In this document: in pieces, positions 1-12,035 of the stretch
Layout: every line of letters begins with the position of its first letter
Numbering within the stretch: the first letter of the stretch is position 1
From: Thalia democratica
Taxonomy: Eukaryota
DNA length: 64,000 bases
Direction of reading: 5' to 3'
Assembly (NCBI GenBank): GCA_965202585.1
Contig: OZ241828.1
Coordinates: 20,088,001-20,152,000, forward strand
The notes under the pieces: generated by a model
What the model saw: the letters and a program-made list of their open reading frames with translations, nothing else
What the model was told of the DNA's origin: nothing
Databases searched by the model: none
Translations under genes and position numbers: made by a program

Positions 1-1956
1 TGAGGTGCTTCGCAGGTACAGCGACATATTTAGAAATGAAGATTACTTGAGAGAATTTTTTTAATGAAAACTGTATTCTTGCGAAAGTTTTTTTAGAATA
101 AACCGTTGCCATTTTAACTAGTCGTCTTTTTGTTTATTTAAAGTCAATTTGTGTTTAAACGACTTAATATTTAAACACAGAAGTATATTTTAAAAAGATA
201 AACTCTCAACTATCTAATATGTTACTGTCTTTGTATGTACTAGAAAAGTTATAAAAGTTCAGTATCTATTTCAATTCGCTGTTAAATAATTTAAAACATT
301 TCGTGAATACTATAAAATAAACTTAGGCTAGTTTTTATTTTTTTAACTTTGTTGTATTCTTAATTTTTTTAAAGTTTATAAAGCATGATGTAGTTATTGT
401 TTTGGTAGTATCAAAACATTTTTTTTGGTATAATAAAACATAAACAAGTAAAAGTAACATTAGAATTTTATTGTTCTCCTCTTATCTGCTAAGTAACCAA
501 GTTGCCATAAAATTGCGAGTTTGTTTTTAAATCATAGCCGTTAGAAATGAAGCATTCTTATATTTAATTGTGAAATATTTGTACTGTTTTTGTTGGATAT
601 AAAAAATTGACACTCAGTTGAAAGTCACAATGTCAATGGCCGCTCGGTATGGGAAGCTCAAACTCTGACAACTGTGCTTTGGAGTGTTGCTTTTGAGTAT
701 TCTTAATTTAGTGGTTGTTACCGTGTCTTTTACTTAAATGGTGTTTAGCTTTTATTTAGTAACTGGTGTTAGATTTTGCAAATTAAGCTGAACAAAATGT
801 TTTTTTTTACAATAAAAATTTAATAGTAACATATTTAATGCGATGGTGTTGCTTTACAGACAAACTTACTTGAAAATATTTAAAAAATTCAATTTCAGCG
901 GTAATAAGTTCTGTATTTATTTAGGTTTTTCTTAACATACGTCTTAAGTAGAAGTTTAAGTGCTTAAGTACTTGTTAAAATAAATAATAACTATAAGTTT
1001 GTGATTTAAAAGAAATTATTTTCGAAATATTTTTGATTATATTAGTTATCAAACTGTTTTAGAAAGGTTTTACCTAATCCAGCATACTTAACATTTTCTA
1101 ATTAGTTTTGTTCTGGATATAATCTTGATAAAGATTGAAATTAAAACTCAACATTTTACATAAGTTTAAGCCTTAAACTTGAGCTTTTAGATTTTTTAAT
1201 AACCTTAAAATATAAGCTTAATAAAAAAAAGAATAAAAAACACTTAAACAAAAATATCCTTCTGTAAAGGTTTTTAAAATAAAATAAAAGTAAAAATCAG
1301 TAACTTTTCAAACATAGTTTTTTTTTTATCAAATAGTTTATTGATCTATAGAATTAAATAAGTAAGGCCCTGTTATTAAAACTCAAGGTTTAGTTTTAGT
1401 TGCAGCAGCTTTCTCAATAATTTCAAATTTCCCAAACAAACAAAAAATTTTTAATTAATTCCAACTAAGTCATAGTCTTACTTAAATTACAAGAATTATA
1501 TAAATTATTTATAATATATTTTTTTAATTATGAAGTACAAAATAAAAAACTCACATAAAAAGCAGTTTGAACGACCCATTTTACAGTAAGAGTCAAAATA
1601 TTCTACCTCAAAAAAATTGCAGAAAACCCCAGAAAACGGTTTATTGTTGCAAGGGGTAGAGTTTGAGACTGATGTTTAAAAAAAAAAGATTCTAAAACCT
1701 TTCAACAATTCACCAATGTTAAAAAAAATAGTTGTTTATATTTTTTGTTAGTTAAATATATATCTGTAAATGAACAGGAATAATTATACTTACTTGCTTG
1801 ACCTTCAAGATGCATTTATCCTTGTAGCAGAGGGAAGAGTGAGATATTTTATATGCTATAAAATAAGTTTGTTATCAAGTTTAAGTTTTCTGAAATTTCA
1901 TCACTAGTCACAGTGTTTTATGTTATTTTTTGTAACTTTTGTATTAACAGGTATTG

Positions 1957-1993
1957 CAATTCAATTCAAGCTTTAACAGCTTGAATTGAATTG
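1957..1993. repeat. Perfect 16-bp inverted repeat with 5-nt loop
   Basis: CAATTCAATTCAAGCT-ttaac-AGCTTGAATTGAATTG read directly. Confidence 0.85.
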
Positions 1994-4900
1994 ATTAAAG
2001 GGATTAAAAACAATTTTGTTGCTTATTTGAAACAAATTAATGTTTTATTTTTCTGAATTAAAATATTTGCAATAAATTATTTAAAAGCCCTTCAATTGGG
2101 CTCTGTGTAAGGTGATTCAGTTTGTCTCATCATATTATTTTCTGCATATACATAATTAAACATTTAATTCTAGGAAATATTTTTTAAGTAAAAATGTTCA
2201 AAAGTACTGTAACAAATAAGCTTATAAGCTTTTTTAGTAAATCTGCTATGTTTGTCATAAAAGACTGCCAACCTCTGCTATGGACTATAAAAAGCTGTTT
2301 AACCTTGCAGTGTTGGTGTTAATTGTAAATGCTGTAATTTTTACATTTAGATTGTCATGAGTCTTACATGAAAACATTAGTGCTTATTTAAACGAACAAA
2401 ATATAAAATTATTATTTTAGTGATTTTTTATAGAAATGATCTTGCTTAGATTAAAAACTTTTGCAAAAATGTCTGATAAAAAAACATTCAGACCCTGTTC
2501 CTTGATTACAGGCAAATTCCATGTCATGTTTTTTCAGTTTTATCAGACAAACTTGAATTAAATTTGTAGAACTGGCTCTCAAAATGTTCAAAAGTTATGC
2601 ACACTTGAATTTACACTAGGATGTTTAGTAAGTTATTTTTTATTATTAGTTGCTTTTGTTTTATAAAGCTTTATTAATATATTAAGTGTTATTTGGTATA
2701 TACAAAGGTTAAACTTTATTCAATGTTTTCTTTACATATTGAAAAAAATGATATACATAGGACAGCTACACATACTGATAAACACTGGTCTAACATGTTG
2801 TTTTTTTTTTCAAAGTCAACTTTTCAAAGTTTAAGATGATTGAAAACTAGTTAGTCATTTGATTTTTTATATACCAAATATTTAGACCAAGTTTTTGAAA
2901 TTTATGTTTAAAGTTCAATAAATATACATAGTACAATTATGTACAAAAATTATTTAAGTATACAGTTTATGACATTTTATATTTGATTGTTAAAAATGTA
3001 TTCATTTGTTGTGTTTTTGAATATTTTTAACCAATTTCTTGACTTATATTTTTCCTTGCTATGTAGTTTGATATAAAAAGAATGTTAAGCTAAGGATTTG
3101 TTATTTTCTACAACTATCTTGTTTTGTTTAAAAAGTTTTCACAACTGATAACAAAACTTGATAATTATTTTTTTGTTATAAAACTTTACAGAGTTCATAC
3201 TATAGAAAAAAAGAGCGTTGTACACAAACTTCATCAAAAACTTTCAAAGATTTTGCAGAACTGGTCATTTTTGATATACGAAGTTAGTCAAACTTAGTTT
3301 TTATATACTTTTGTGTTATCTAGCTGATTGTAATTAGAAATATTGTAATAAAAAGAAAAAATACAATAAACTGTAAACTGTAATGACTACCTAATAAAAT
3401 AAGTTATGAAGTTGTTAGAAACTAAAATTAATCTTATGCAGTAGATTGTTTTTTTTATTAAGTTTAAAAATTGTTTTTGTTCTTATTATAGAGTTTTTGA
3501 AAAAATTAAATATTGTTATATCTTATAAAAGTTTATATACTTAATTAGCAATTTTAAAAATGAATAGTTTTTTAAAGTTTTTAAACTTATATTCTAAAAA
3601 GTTTTACTTCCAAGACTGTTTTAATATATATTTTTTGAAAATAAAATTAGGGTGTTTTTAATTTAGTATTAGAAAAATTGAAAAGTATTGTTATATTGTC
3701 ATGTTTGAATTTTAACATAATAATGATTTGTAATCTTGGAGTTATTTACAGTTTGTTATCTTTTTTATTATTCTAGCTCTTAAATAGTTAATTCTTGGTA
3801 TTTAAAATAAAACTTTCTTCTAATAAATCATAACAAATTAATTAAAAAATCTTTAGTTTAAAAAAACAATTTTTTATTATAGTTATCACAATCTTTATTA
3901 CTCAATCAACATTCTGGTATAATTTTGATTTTACCAATAAAGTTTTTTTATTTAAGTATAACTTAGAAGTGAGTAACCTTTTTAGTCACTGAGCCACATT
4001 TTTAGAAGAGTTTTTAGCAGGTCACAATATTTAAAAAATGAAAAAGTTATTGAAATCAAAGTTATTATAATTTAATTATTTCACTACCAAACTAGGAGCA
4101 CGTTTCTAATATTTGATGCAAAGCATCTCAATTTATTTTCTAGTACAATTTAATTAAAGTTAAAATATTTATTGCCATTTATTGCCCACTCGTACTACAG
4201 CCTTTTGATTTTTTTTTACCAAAATAAATTGAATTGTCATGTAGTTGTTTTACTTTTTGTTGCCTCTGGTATTTATTGAATATTTTTTATTAACATTTCT
4301 TAACATGGGATATTACTTTTATATGATTTAAGGGAATACTTATAATTACTTCATCTTTGAAATTAAACTATCATTTTTGATAATATTAACTACATTTGGT
4401 TGGTATTGGTCCAGTCTTGATTGTATAAGTTTTTAATTGTACTTTTACTGTTAGATTGTCAGTAAAAAAGTGTTTAATTTAATTTTTAGGAACTAAGTTG
4501 TTTTTGTGTGAGTTTATTTTTTTATAAGTAATGGTTTTTTATCAGATTTCAATCCATCATTTAATTGTCACCGCTTATCATTCAAAATTATTATTGATTG
4601 ATGATTTTGTTTTGTTTTTTATTTAAGTAAATTTATTTTAGAATTTTAAACAATTTTTTTAAATAAATTTTATAGCTTTAAATATTTTTAGTAAATTGGG
4701 TGAATAGCTCAATGAACTACAAGTCTTTTTACACCTCAGGTCTTATGGCCATGCTAATAAATGTAAATTTATGTTTGTGTTCAATAATTATTTATTTACT
4801 ACTATTTTTTCAGCAAACATTTCATACAACCATCAAAATGGCATGCTTTTGTTTTTAATTTAATTTAAAGCTTTTAATATATCTTTCAAATTCGAATATA

Positions 4901-5244
4901 AAAAGCAGTTTGCTATTCATTTAAATGTTTTACTTATAAAATATTTGATAGATAAAGTTTTTAGGTTGTTATTTTGTATTTTAATAGTAATATAAAGTTG
5001 TTTCAAACTATTTAAAAGGTATTTAGTATATAACATTTTTTTTGAAAAATTTCAACTAAGTTTCTGTGCAAATGCGTGCTACTTTGAAAATTGCATTTTT
5101 TAATATAATAGCGTTTGTCCATTAAAAAGTTTATGAAGTTTGAAATTAAGTAAAATTTTATGCATTAAGTATTTCTCACTTAAAACAATAGTGTAAAGTT
5201 TATAAAATAAATAAATAAATAGTAAAGTAAAGACTCCCTAAGAT

Positions 5245-5272
5245 AAGTCAAGGTCATAGGAGGTCAAGTTCT
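5245..5272 (+). promoter_or_regulatory. Candidate nuclear-receptor element (AGGTCA-n4-AGGTCA, DR4, overlapping a TCAAGGTCA monomer site)
   Basis: AAGTCA AGGTCA tagg AGGTCA AGTTCT in very AT-rich DNA; motif match only. Confidence 0.3.
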
Positions 5273-6423
5273 CCTTATTTTTAATGTCAGTCTTGTTTTA
5301 TAAACTTTTATTAAGCTATCAGATAATTTTTTTTTGCTAAACAAAATTTCAAATAGTTTTAGAGACAGAAGGGGTCAAATTTTATGAGTTTAATTGGTTT
5401 CTAAGTGGAGCTGCAACCTTAAAACCTTAAAAACAAAAGTCACTTGGAATCTATCTCATTCTATAACTTTTAAAAAGATGCTATTTAAACTTTAGGACTT
5501 TTTAACTTTTTTTAACTGAAAATTTTAAAATTTCATGAAAGGGTCCCACTTTTTTCAATCTCTGAATTTCTTTTGGGTGTAATGGTCATATATTTTTTGC
5601 TTGCTCAAAAGGTTAAAAAATATATAATTAAACAGACTAGGAACATTGAAAAGGTACAGATCAAACTTGAAAATGAATGGGCACAACGTTTAACAAAACA
5701 AAAGTTAAACGAATAAAGTTAATTAAAAAAAACATGGTCTTTAAAAGATAGATGCAAGTACAACACAATTGTTTTTCAAAACGGTACAGTAACTCTAAGA
5801 TAAACAGGAATAAACCATATTTTTATTCAAATAAGTAGGTATTTGAAAATGAAAAAAACGATAAAATTTGGCTAAAAGCTGAAACATAAGCACTTTTGTC
5901 TGGACTTAAAGTGTCAACCAAATCGATATACTTCCTAAAGACCCCTATCTCAAAAAATGTCTGAGAAGATGTTTTTTTCTAGCATTTTAAAATTTTTGAA
6001 AAAAGTCGAATAGCAAATCCTGCCCTCTATCTATTTGTGAATCAAAATAAATATTTTTAACATAAAATCTCTGAGCTAAAATTTTATTTGTAGACTTACA
6101 AACTTTCAAGTGTTTTTAATATTTATTATTAGGGTTTGTTTGAATATAATTTATATAATTAAAAAAAAATTAATAGTCACCCAAAATTTTAGTTTATTAA
6201 AATACTAGCTTTATACTTATGTTAGAAATATTTTGCCATTGTAAATTGTATTCATATGTTTATATTAACCTCAAATTTAACACTAAGTATTATTTAGTAA
6301 TATTAAAGTTTTTTAGTTTTCAAAACATATTAAGTTCAGATTTTAAAACTTATAACAGTATCAAGATTTAACTTTTTAAAGTTTTTTGAGTTGTTATTTA
6401 GTTTTATTGCTGAGTTTTGGGTT

Positions 6424-6749
6424 TAGCGTTGCCAAAAAACCTGAAATCCTGGAAAATAATTAAAATCTGGAATTTTAAATAGATTTTACATGTAAGGTAA
6501 TGAAAATTAGGTAATATACGTAAAATTTAATATATTCAATAATTTTTTTTAGTGGTATTCAGGATTTCATTTAAATGTTACACATTTAATCTAGCTTTAC
6601 ATTATCTTTTTAATTTTGTTATACTATTAAAGACAGTATTTTACCTATATTTTAGTGCTTTACTAAAAATTTAATTTTTTTTTTGTATTTTATAAATCTG
6701 GAAGAAATCCATAAAATCTGTAAAAATTCAAACAATATTTGGCAATCTG
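6424..6749. mobile_element. Decayed MITE with CAGGGTTGCCA-type ends
   Basis: Left TAGCGTTGCCA and right TGGCAATCTG resemble the TIR of the element at 46233-48337; no TSD recognisable. Confidence 0.3.
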
Positions 6750-8553
6750 TAAATGAACACCAGTTAAAAATCTCTTAATTAAAATTTTGTTAAATCTTAG
6801 TTTGTGTAAATTATATAGTTTATCAAATATATTTATACTTTTTTATTGTAATCTTTATTAACCGGATCTCTATAAACTTTTTTTAGTCTCTTTTTTTGAG
6901 TCCTTTTACAATTTTAAAAGATTTGAAATGTTATGTAACTATAACAATTGTTTAAGGTTATATAGTTAAATGGGTATCCAATTTTTTAAAACTGTTAATT
7001 AACGATGGTCCTTATTCAAAAGCTTTAAGTATATACTAAAACCATTTTTTCAGAATAGAAAATTGATTAACTTTTAAGATATAATCAGTTTTCTATAAAG
7101 TTTTGATACAAACCTATGAAGGAGAATTATTTTTACCAATTTTCCTACAATTAGAAACGAAAACTAAAATAAAAGAATATCTTCTCACTTTTGAAGCAAT
7201 CTACTTAAAATGTTCAGAAACTGTTTTTTTAACATTAAAATGATTAAAAAAAAATTGTAAAAGTAATTTTAATACGAACTCTTTTTTCTACTCAAAAAGC
7301 CAAACAGTCATGGTAACTCAGGCTAGTAAAACTTTTTAGAAAAACTCAAGCTAATTTGAAGCTTTTTTTCATTAAAATTTGAAAAAATTCAGACTGACTT
7401 AAGCTTGTTTGTAAACTCTAAACTAGCTTTTATGAATTTTAAATAATTTTTTTTTCCTCTATAAATTCATTTATTTTGGTGAAACTATAATTTTATTAAT
7501 TAAAGTTGTTTTTTGAGTTGTTGATTTTTATTATGTTTTTTTTTAAGTTTATTACTAACTCAGTTCGATGTATCTCAGTACATCAAACTGACTTTGTAGA
7601 TATTATAATTGTTCTTTGACTATTTCTAACGATTCAAATTTAAATATAAAATTCCACACAATGCGTAGCGTAACTAGTAGAATTAAGTTTCAATAGCTTT
7701 TGATTAAAAGTGTAAAATCTTTTTAAAATTAAATGAAGCTGAAACTATAAAAAAATACTTTAAATTTAACCTTGTTTAGTTTTACTAGAGTAATAGATTT
7801 TGCTTCAGAGAGTGACTAACTGTGCAAATAGTTCCTTATTTTATAAAGATTAGACTGACATAGTTTAAAAAGGCATGCTGAAAAACTTTATAATGAGATA
7901 GTTTTTTTAAGAAATAATCTTTTTATTTTCCGCCCAACCATGAAGAACCTATTGAACTTTTTATATATGATTCTTTTCATCTTAAATGTTAATTCGAATT
8001 TTAAAAAACTGTTAAAAGCAACTGATGGCTTATTTATTAGTTCATAACATTAAACTTTAAAACAAAGTGATCTTTTATTGTCTTAATTATAATTATAGTT
8101 TTATATGTAATTTGTAGTTTGAGTTTTTTTTGTTGGTTTCACTTTAGCTTTTACGTTGGTTTTTAAATTTTTTAAACAGCGGGCCGGACTAGCTAAAAAA
8201 TTCATTCCAAGCCACGCTTACTCAAAAAAATAAAAAAACTTCTAATAAAAAAAACTAAAAAGCAAAAATATGATAAAATGATAATTTAATAAGCACTACT
8301 ATGCATTGCAAAATCAAAAAGCACATTTGAAAATATATTTACAGAAAAGTTCAATATATTTGTTTTTTGAAATTTGTTTTTAAGCTAAAAAAGCCGCAAG
8401 CCAGAAGTTTATATTTGTTGGCTGTATTCGGCTCACAGGCAATCCCTATTTTAACATAGCTTTGTCAAAGCTTTTTTATTCTGTTCATGAAGTCAATTGT
8501 CAAAGTAAATAACATGAGTTATATTTTATTTTTGTTAGCTTTATGCATTTTAG

Positions 8554-9361
8554 GGGCATAAGGGTTGGTAGCTTTAATTAAAAATCCAATTTTTATAAAA
8601 AAAAGATCTTCAAGGGCCGAATTTATTTTAATTAGTTGTAGTAACAAATAAAAATACTATTTTTAATAAAAAGTGTGAAAAAAGGCTAATAAAAAAGCAC
8701 TAGTAATTTTTATTTTTTAACAATGTTTATATTTATATATTTTTCAAAAACGTATGTTATTAGCCGAAAAGTACATTGTCTGGTCCTCAGTTTGCCAAAT
8801 TACAACAAATTTCAGTTTAAAAACCTTTACCTGAAGCTAAAAGTTGCTTTTTACAGTTTTTTATTGTTGAACTTCATTGTTTTTGATGTACAAGGTTTCA
8901 AAGTTGAAGAATTAAGTAGATTATTTATGGAAAGGTCAAATAAAAAGGTCAAAAAAAAAATTACTAAAACCTATCTTTTTTAGTTTTTTAATTTTTTTTC
9001 AGTCCAATCTTAAATTAACAAAAAATTGCATTATAGTAATATTTATTATAACAAGCAAAACATTTTTTGGTAATGAAATACTTATTTTTAAACTAAGATT
9101 TTTTTGAAGTTGCAAAAAAAATTTCCGAAAAATAAAATGAGTACTCAAAAAATTAAGGTGAAGATATGTTTCAGTGTAGTTTTAAATTTCTTACAAAAAT
9201 GATATATTTGTAATCTATATATGTTTCTTATCTTGTGTTTGTATCTTAATAGTTAACTTGAGTTTTTATATTCTTGAGAAACTGATTCATAGTTCATACT
9301 TTAAGCGTTCTTATAAGAGTCTGTTAGTTTTCGTAAAACAAATCCCTACTCCCCTATGCAC
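8554..9361. mobile_element. Non-autonomous Kolobok-like DNA transposon (degenerate)
   Basis: Imperfect TIRs GGGCATAAGGG / rc GTGCATAGGGG, flanked on both sides by TTAG (4-bp direct repeat); ends resemble the element at 62002-62644. Confidence 0.5.
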
Positions 9362-11600
9362 TTAGTTTGTTGTAAGAGAAAAAGTTTGATTTATTTTCTA
9401 GTTGATTAAAACTTAAGATGGTAAGTACTTGGTTTGTATTAGTGATTAAAACATTTGAAAAATTAGTATTGTAACAGATTGGATTTTACTGTTTTAATAA
9501 TTATTTTCTTTTTTCTATTTATTGTTATTCGTTTAATTTATATATCTTAGTTTGCTGGGTTAGTAATAGTTAGTTTATTTAATGACTTTTAGTAATTAAA
9601 TACTACAAATAAATAAACTGTTTAACCTTTGTAATTCTGGGTGTTTTTAATCGTACATCACACACATAAAACAGTTTTATAATAAAATAAAAACTATTGA
9701 ATTAAAAAAAAAAATTTGAAGATGAATCATTTTCCTTATGTTTTTTGTACTAGTATTGATATTTTAACATAAGCTAATTTCATTGAAATAACTCTTTTAA
9801 TAAGTTTAATACTTTAAAAAAATTGGTGAGTATTTACAAAATTAACTGCCAACATATTTGCAAAAGTTAATAGTTTACCTTAAGTTTTAATTTAGTTCAC
9901 TAAATTATACAACAAACACAAATTTTTCTACGTTTAATTTATTGCGTTATTTTCTTAACTAATTTAATATATTTTTTTCATTTTAATTGTTTTGGTTCAT
10001 TGAACCACTGTGAAGGCTTTATTCTTTTTAAGTATTTTCTTTATTTCTTTACCTTATGTATATTTGCATTTTCCTATATATTATTCTGTACTGTTGATTT
10101 TTATTGTAAAGTTAATTTTTACTTATATGAATTGTGATAATTGTTTTTGTATCTTCATTTGTCTGCATTATACCTCTCTCTAGATATTGACTTTCAAGAT
10201 ACTTTCTAGATACTTTCAATAAATTCATGACTTGCTTATGGCTGAAAGTAATGCGAGATGATCAAATATTTCCATATATTTGATGAGATACAACAAGTTT
10301 AGATCCGCCGAAAGTTTCCCGTTAAGCCTTTAAAACTGCCATTCTACGGGTAAGCATTCTACCAATATCATCTCAAGGTTTTCACATTCTGCTGTGTCTT
10401 AAAGACCAAACTTTCTCGGACCTAGTTTAGCTGCTTGTTTTTACTGTAATTTTGAGCTTAAACTTGAGATGATAAGACAATATGTGGTGATAATTATATT
10501 CTTCCCAGATGTTTTCTTTGTTATGCGCATAGTCATATAAGTTATCACACAGTAGTATTACTCAACACTTAAAAAGTGATCAGTTTTCTAAATGCTGAGA
10601 TGATACTAATAGTTGATCATCTGTCTTTACTATCCTATTGTTTAAGTTTGTTTTTGTGAATATTATTGTCTGAAACATTAGCTTATTTCTTTAGATGCCA
10701 ACTATAAATCTTCCTATTCCTTCAAACCTAATTGAATGCTGCTCAATCAACCTTAAAAATTTAATTCAGATACCTTGACTGCTCAGATCAAGATACCATC
10801 ATTGGTGCTCCTTTTTTAAGGCTGAAACATTCATGGATCCTCGAGAATTATCATTAGCTAGTTAGACACATTTGAAAACAAGCTCCATGGTTTGAAGTTT
10901 AACTCATATTTGAATTACCCATACTACTTACTAGCTGTATAGCAATTTGTGAATATATTTCAAGATACATTTCTTCCTATAACTTATGCTTCCTAAATCT
11001 TCCGGGCTCAATACACATTCAGGTATCTTGGTGCTCAATCCTCAATACTGTGTATGCTTAATAAAGATCCTTAGATTTATAAACAAAGTAGTTTACTGAT
11101 AAGGCTGACTGTAGAACATACTTTAAACTTATATCACTTAGTTCATATATAAGTAATTTAGATTGCTTGTTTAAATAGTGTGCGCTAGTTGTTGTTGATG
11201 TATGAAGGGAGCGAATTGTAACTGCGGACAATTCGTGGCTCGACCTTGATAACTTGGGCACTTTGTTATTTGTTACTTATTGCTATATACTGTAACGGTT
11301 CCATCAACTTAACATTATCATTCCTGCCTAAACTAGATTCATTTCGAACAATATGAACAATTTCTATGAATTTTTTAACGTTTAGATATTGTTACTCCTT
11401 TAGATTGATCCTGTTTTTTTCATACTTATTAAAGACATTTTTGCTTCATACTTAAAATCCTGATAACTCCAATAAACTTCACGCAGGCTTTTTTTTAAAA
11501 CCACAAACAGAAAAACAAAAACTTAACGTATAGTGGCTTGTCGAAGAGGAGCCGCAGAACATGTAAAATGTTTGGCATCTCTCTTCTGTTTGTTGCAGTT

Positions 11601-11789
11601 TTAACTGCTGCTTCCCCCGGTAATCTTCCGGTACAAGTACGGCACTCCGTAGTAGGCCACTGTTCCCAATACACCGACCTTCACTACAATCTTCCCGGTC
11701 TTCTTCCAGTCAATCCCCTGCTGGTCATCCGCGCTCGCTAGTTGTCGCACTTTGCAATGCTCTTGCTTCAGTTCGTGGTGTTCACTCAC
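11601..11789 (-). CDS. Probable last exon of giant gene 1, encoding a C-terminal transmembrane tail anchor (VSEHH...IVVKVGVLGTVAYYGVPYLYRKITGGSSS*)
   Basis: GC-rich ORF with no ATG start, immediately preceded on the minus strand by CTAAC-CAG (branch point and acceptor); phase 0 matches the donor AAG|GTTTGA at 12035. Confidence 0.75.
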   Translation of the reverse strand: MSEHHELKQEHCKVRQLASADDQQGIDWKKTGKIVVKVGVLGTVAYYGVPYLYRKITGGSSS

Positions 11790-12035
11790 CTGGTTAGTTT
11801 AATTTTTAAGTTTGATAAAGTAGTAATTAGTTGAAAAATAAAAATCTTTCAAATGTCAGGCTTTACAAGTTTAAACGATTTTACACTGTATGAATATTCT
11901 GTTTCTAACACATTAAAAGTAAATGCAAATACAATAAAATTTTAGATATAATATTACTTAAATTAATCTATAAAAAGTAAAGCTTAAATAATTATTTTCG
12001 CTAAACAGCTATAAAAAACAACATCATCATCAAAC

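Noticed and set aside
1-5720. Possible minus-strand start (ATG at 27, MSLYLRSTS) and possible plus-strand multi-exon gene (candidate exons near 630, 1588, 1776, 3190, 3882, 4332 and 5638)
   Set aside because: Splice-like sites and short open frames exist, but there is no recognisable protein motif and no unique phase-consistent model; it needs transcript data.
8723-8983. 86-aa ORF
   Set aside because: AT-rich, low-complexity, and inside the Kolobok-like MITE.
10100-11260. Slightly GC-richer stretch that might be a decayed retroelement or pseudogene
   Set aside because: All frames I read are interrupted, and I found no RT, endonuclease or transposase motif.
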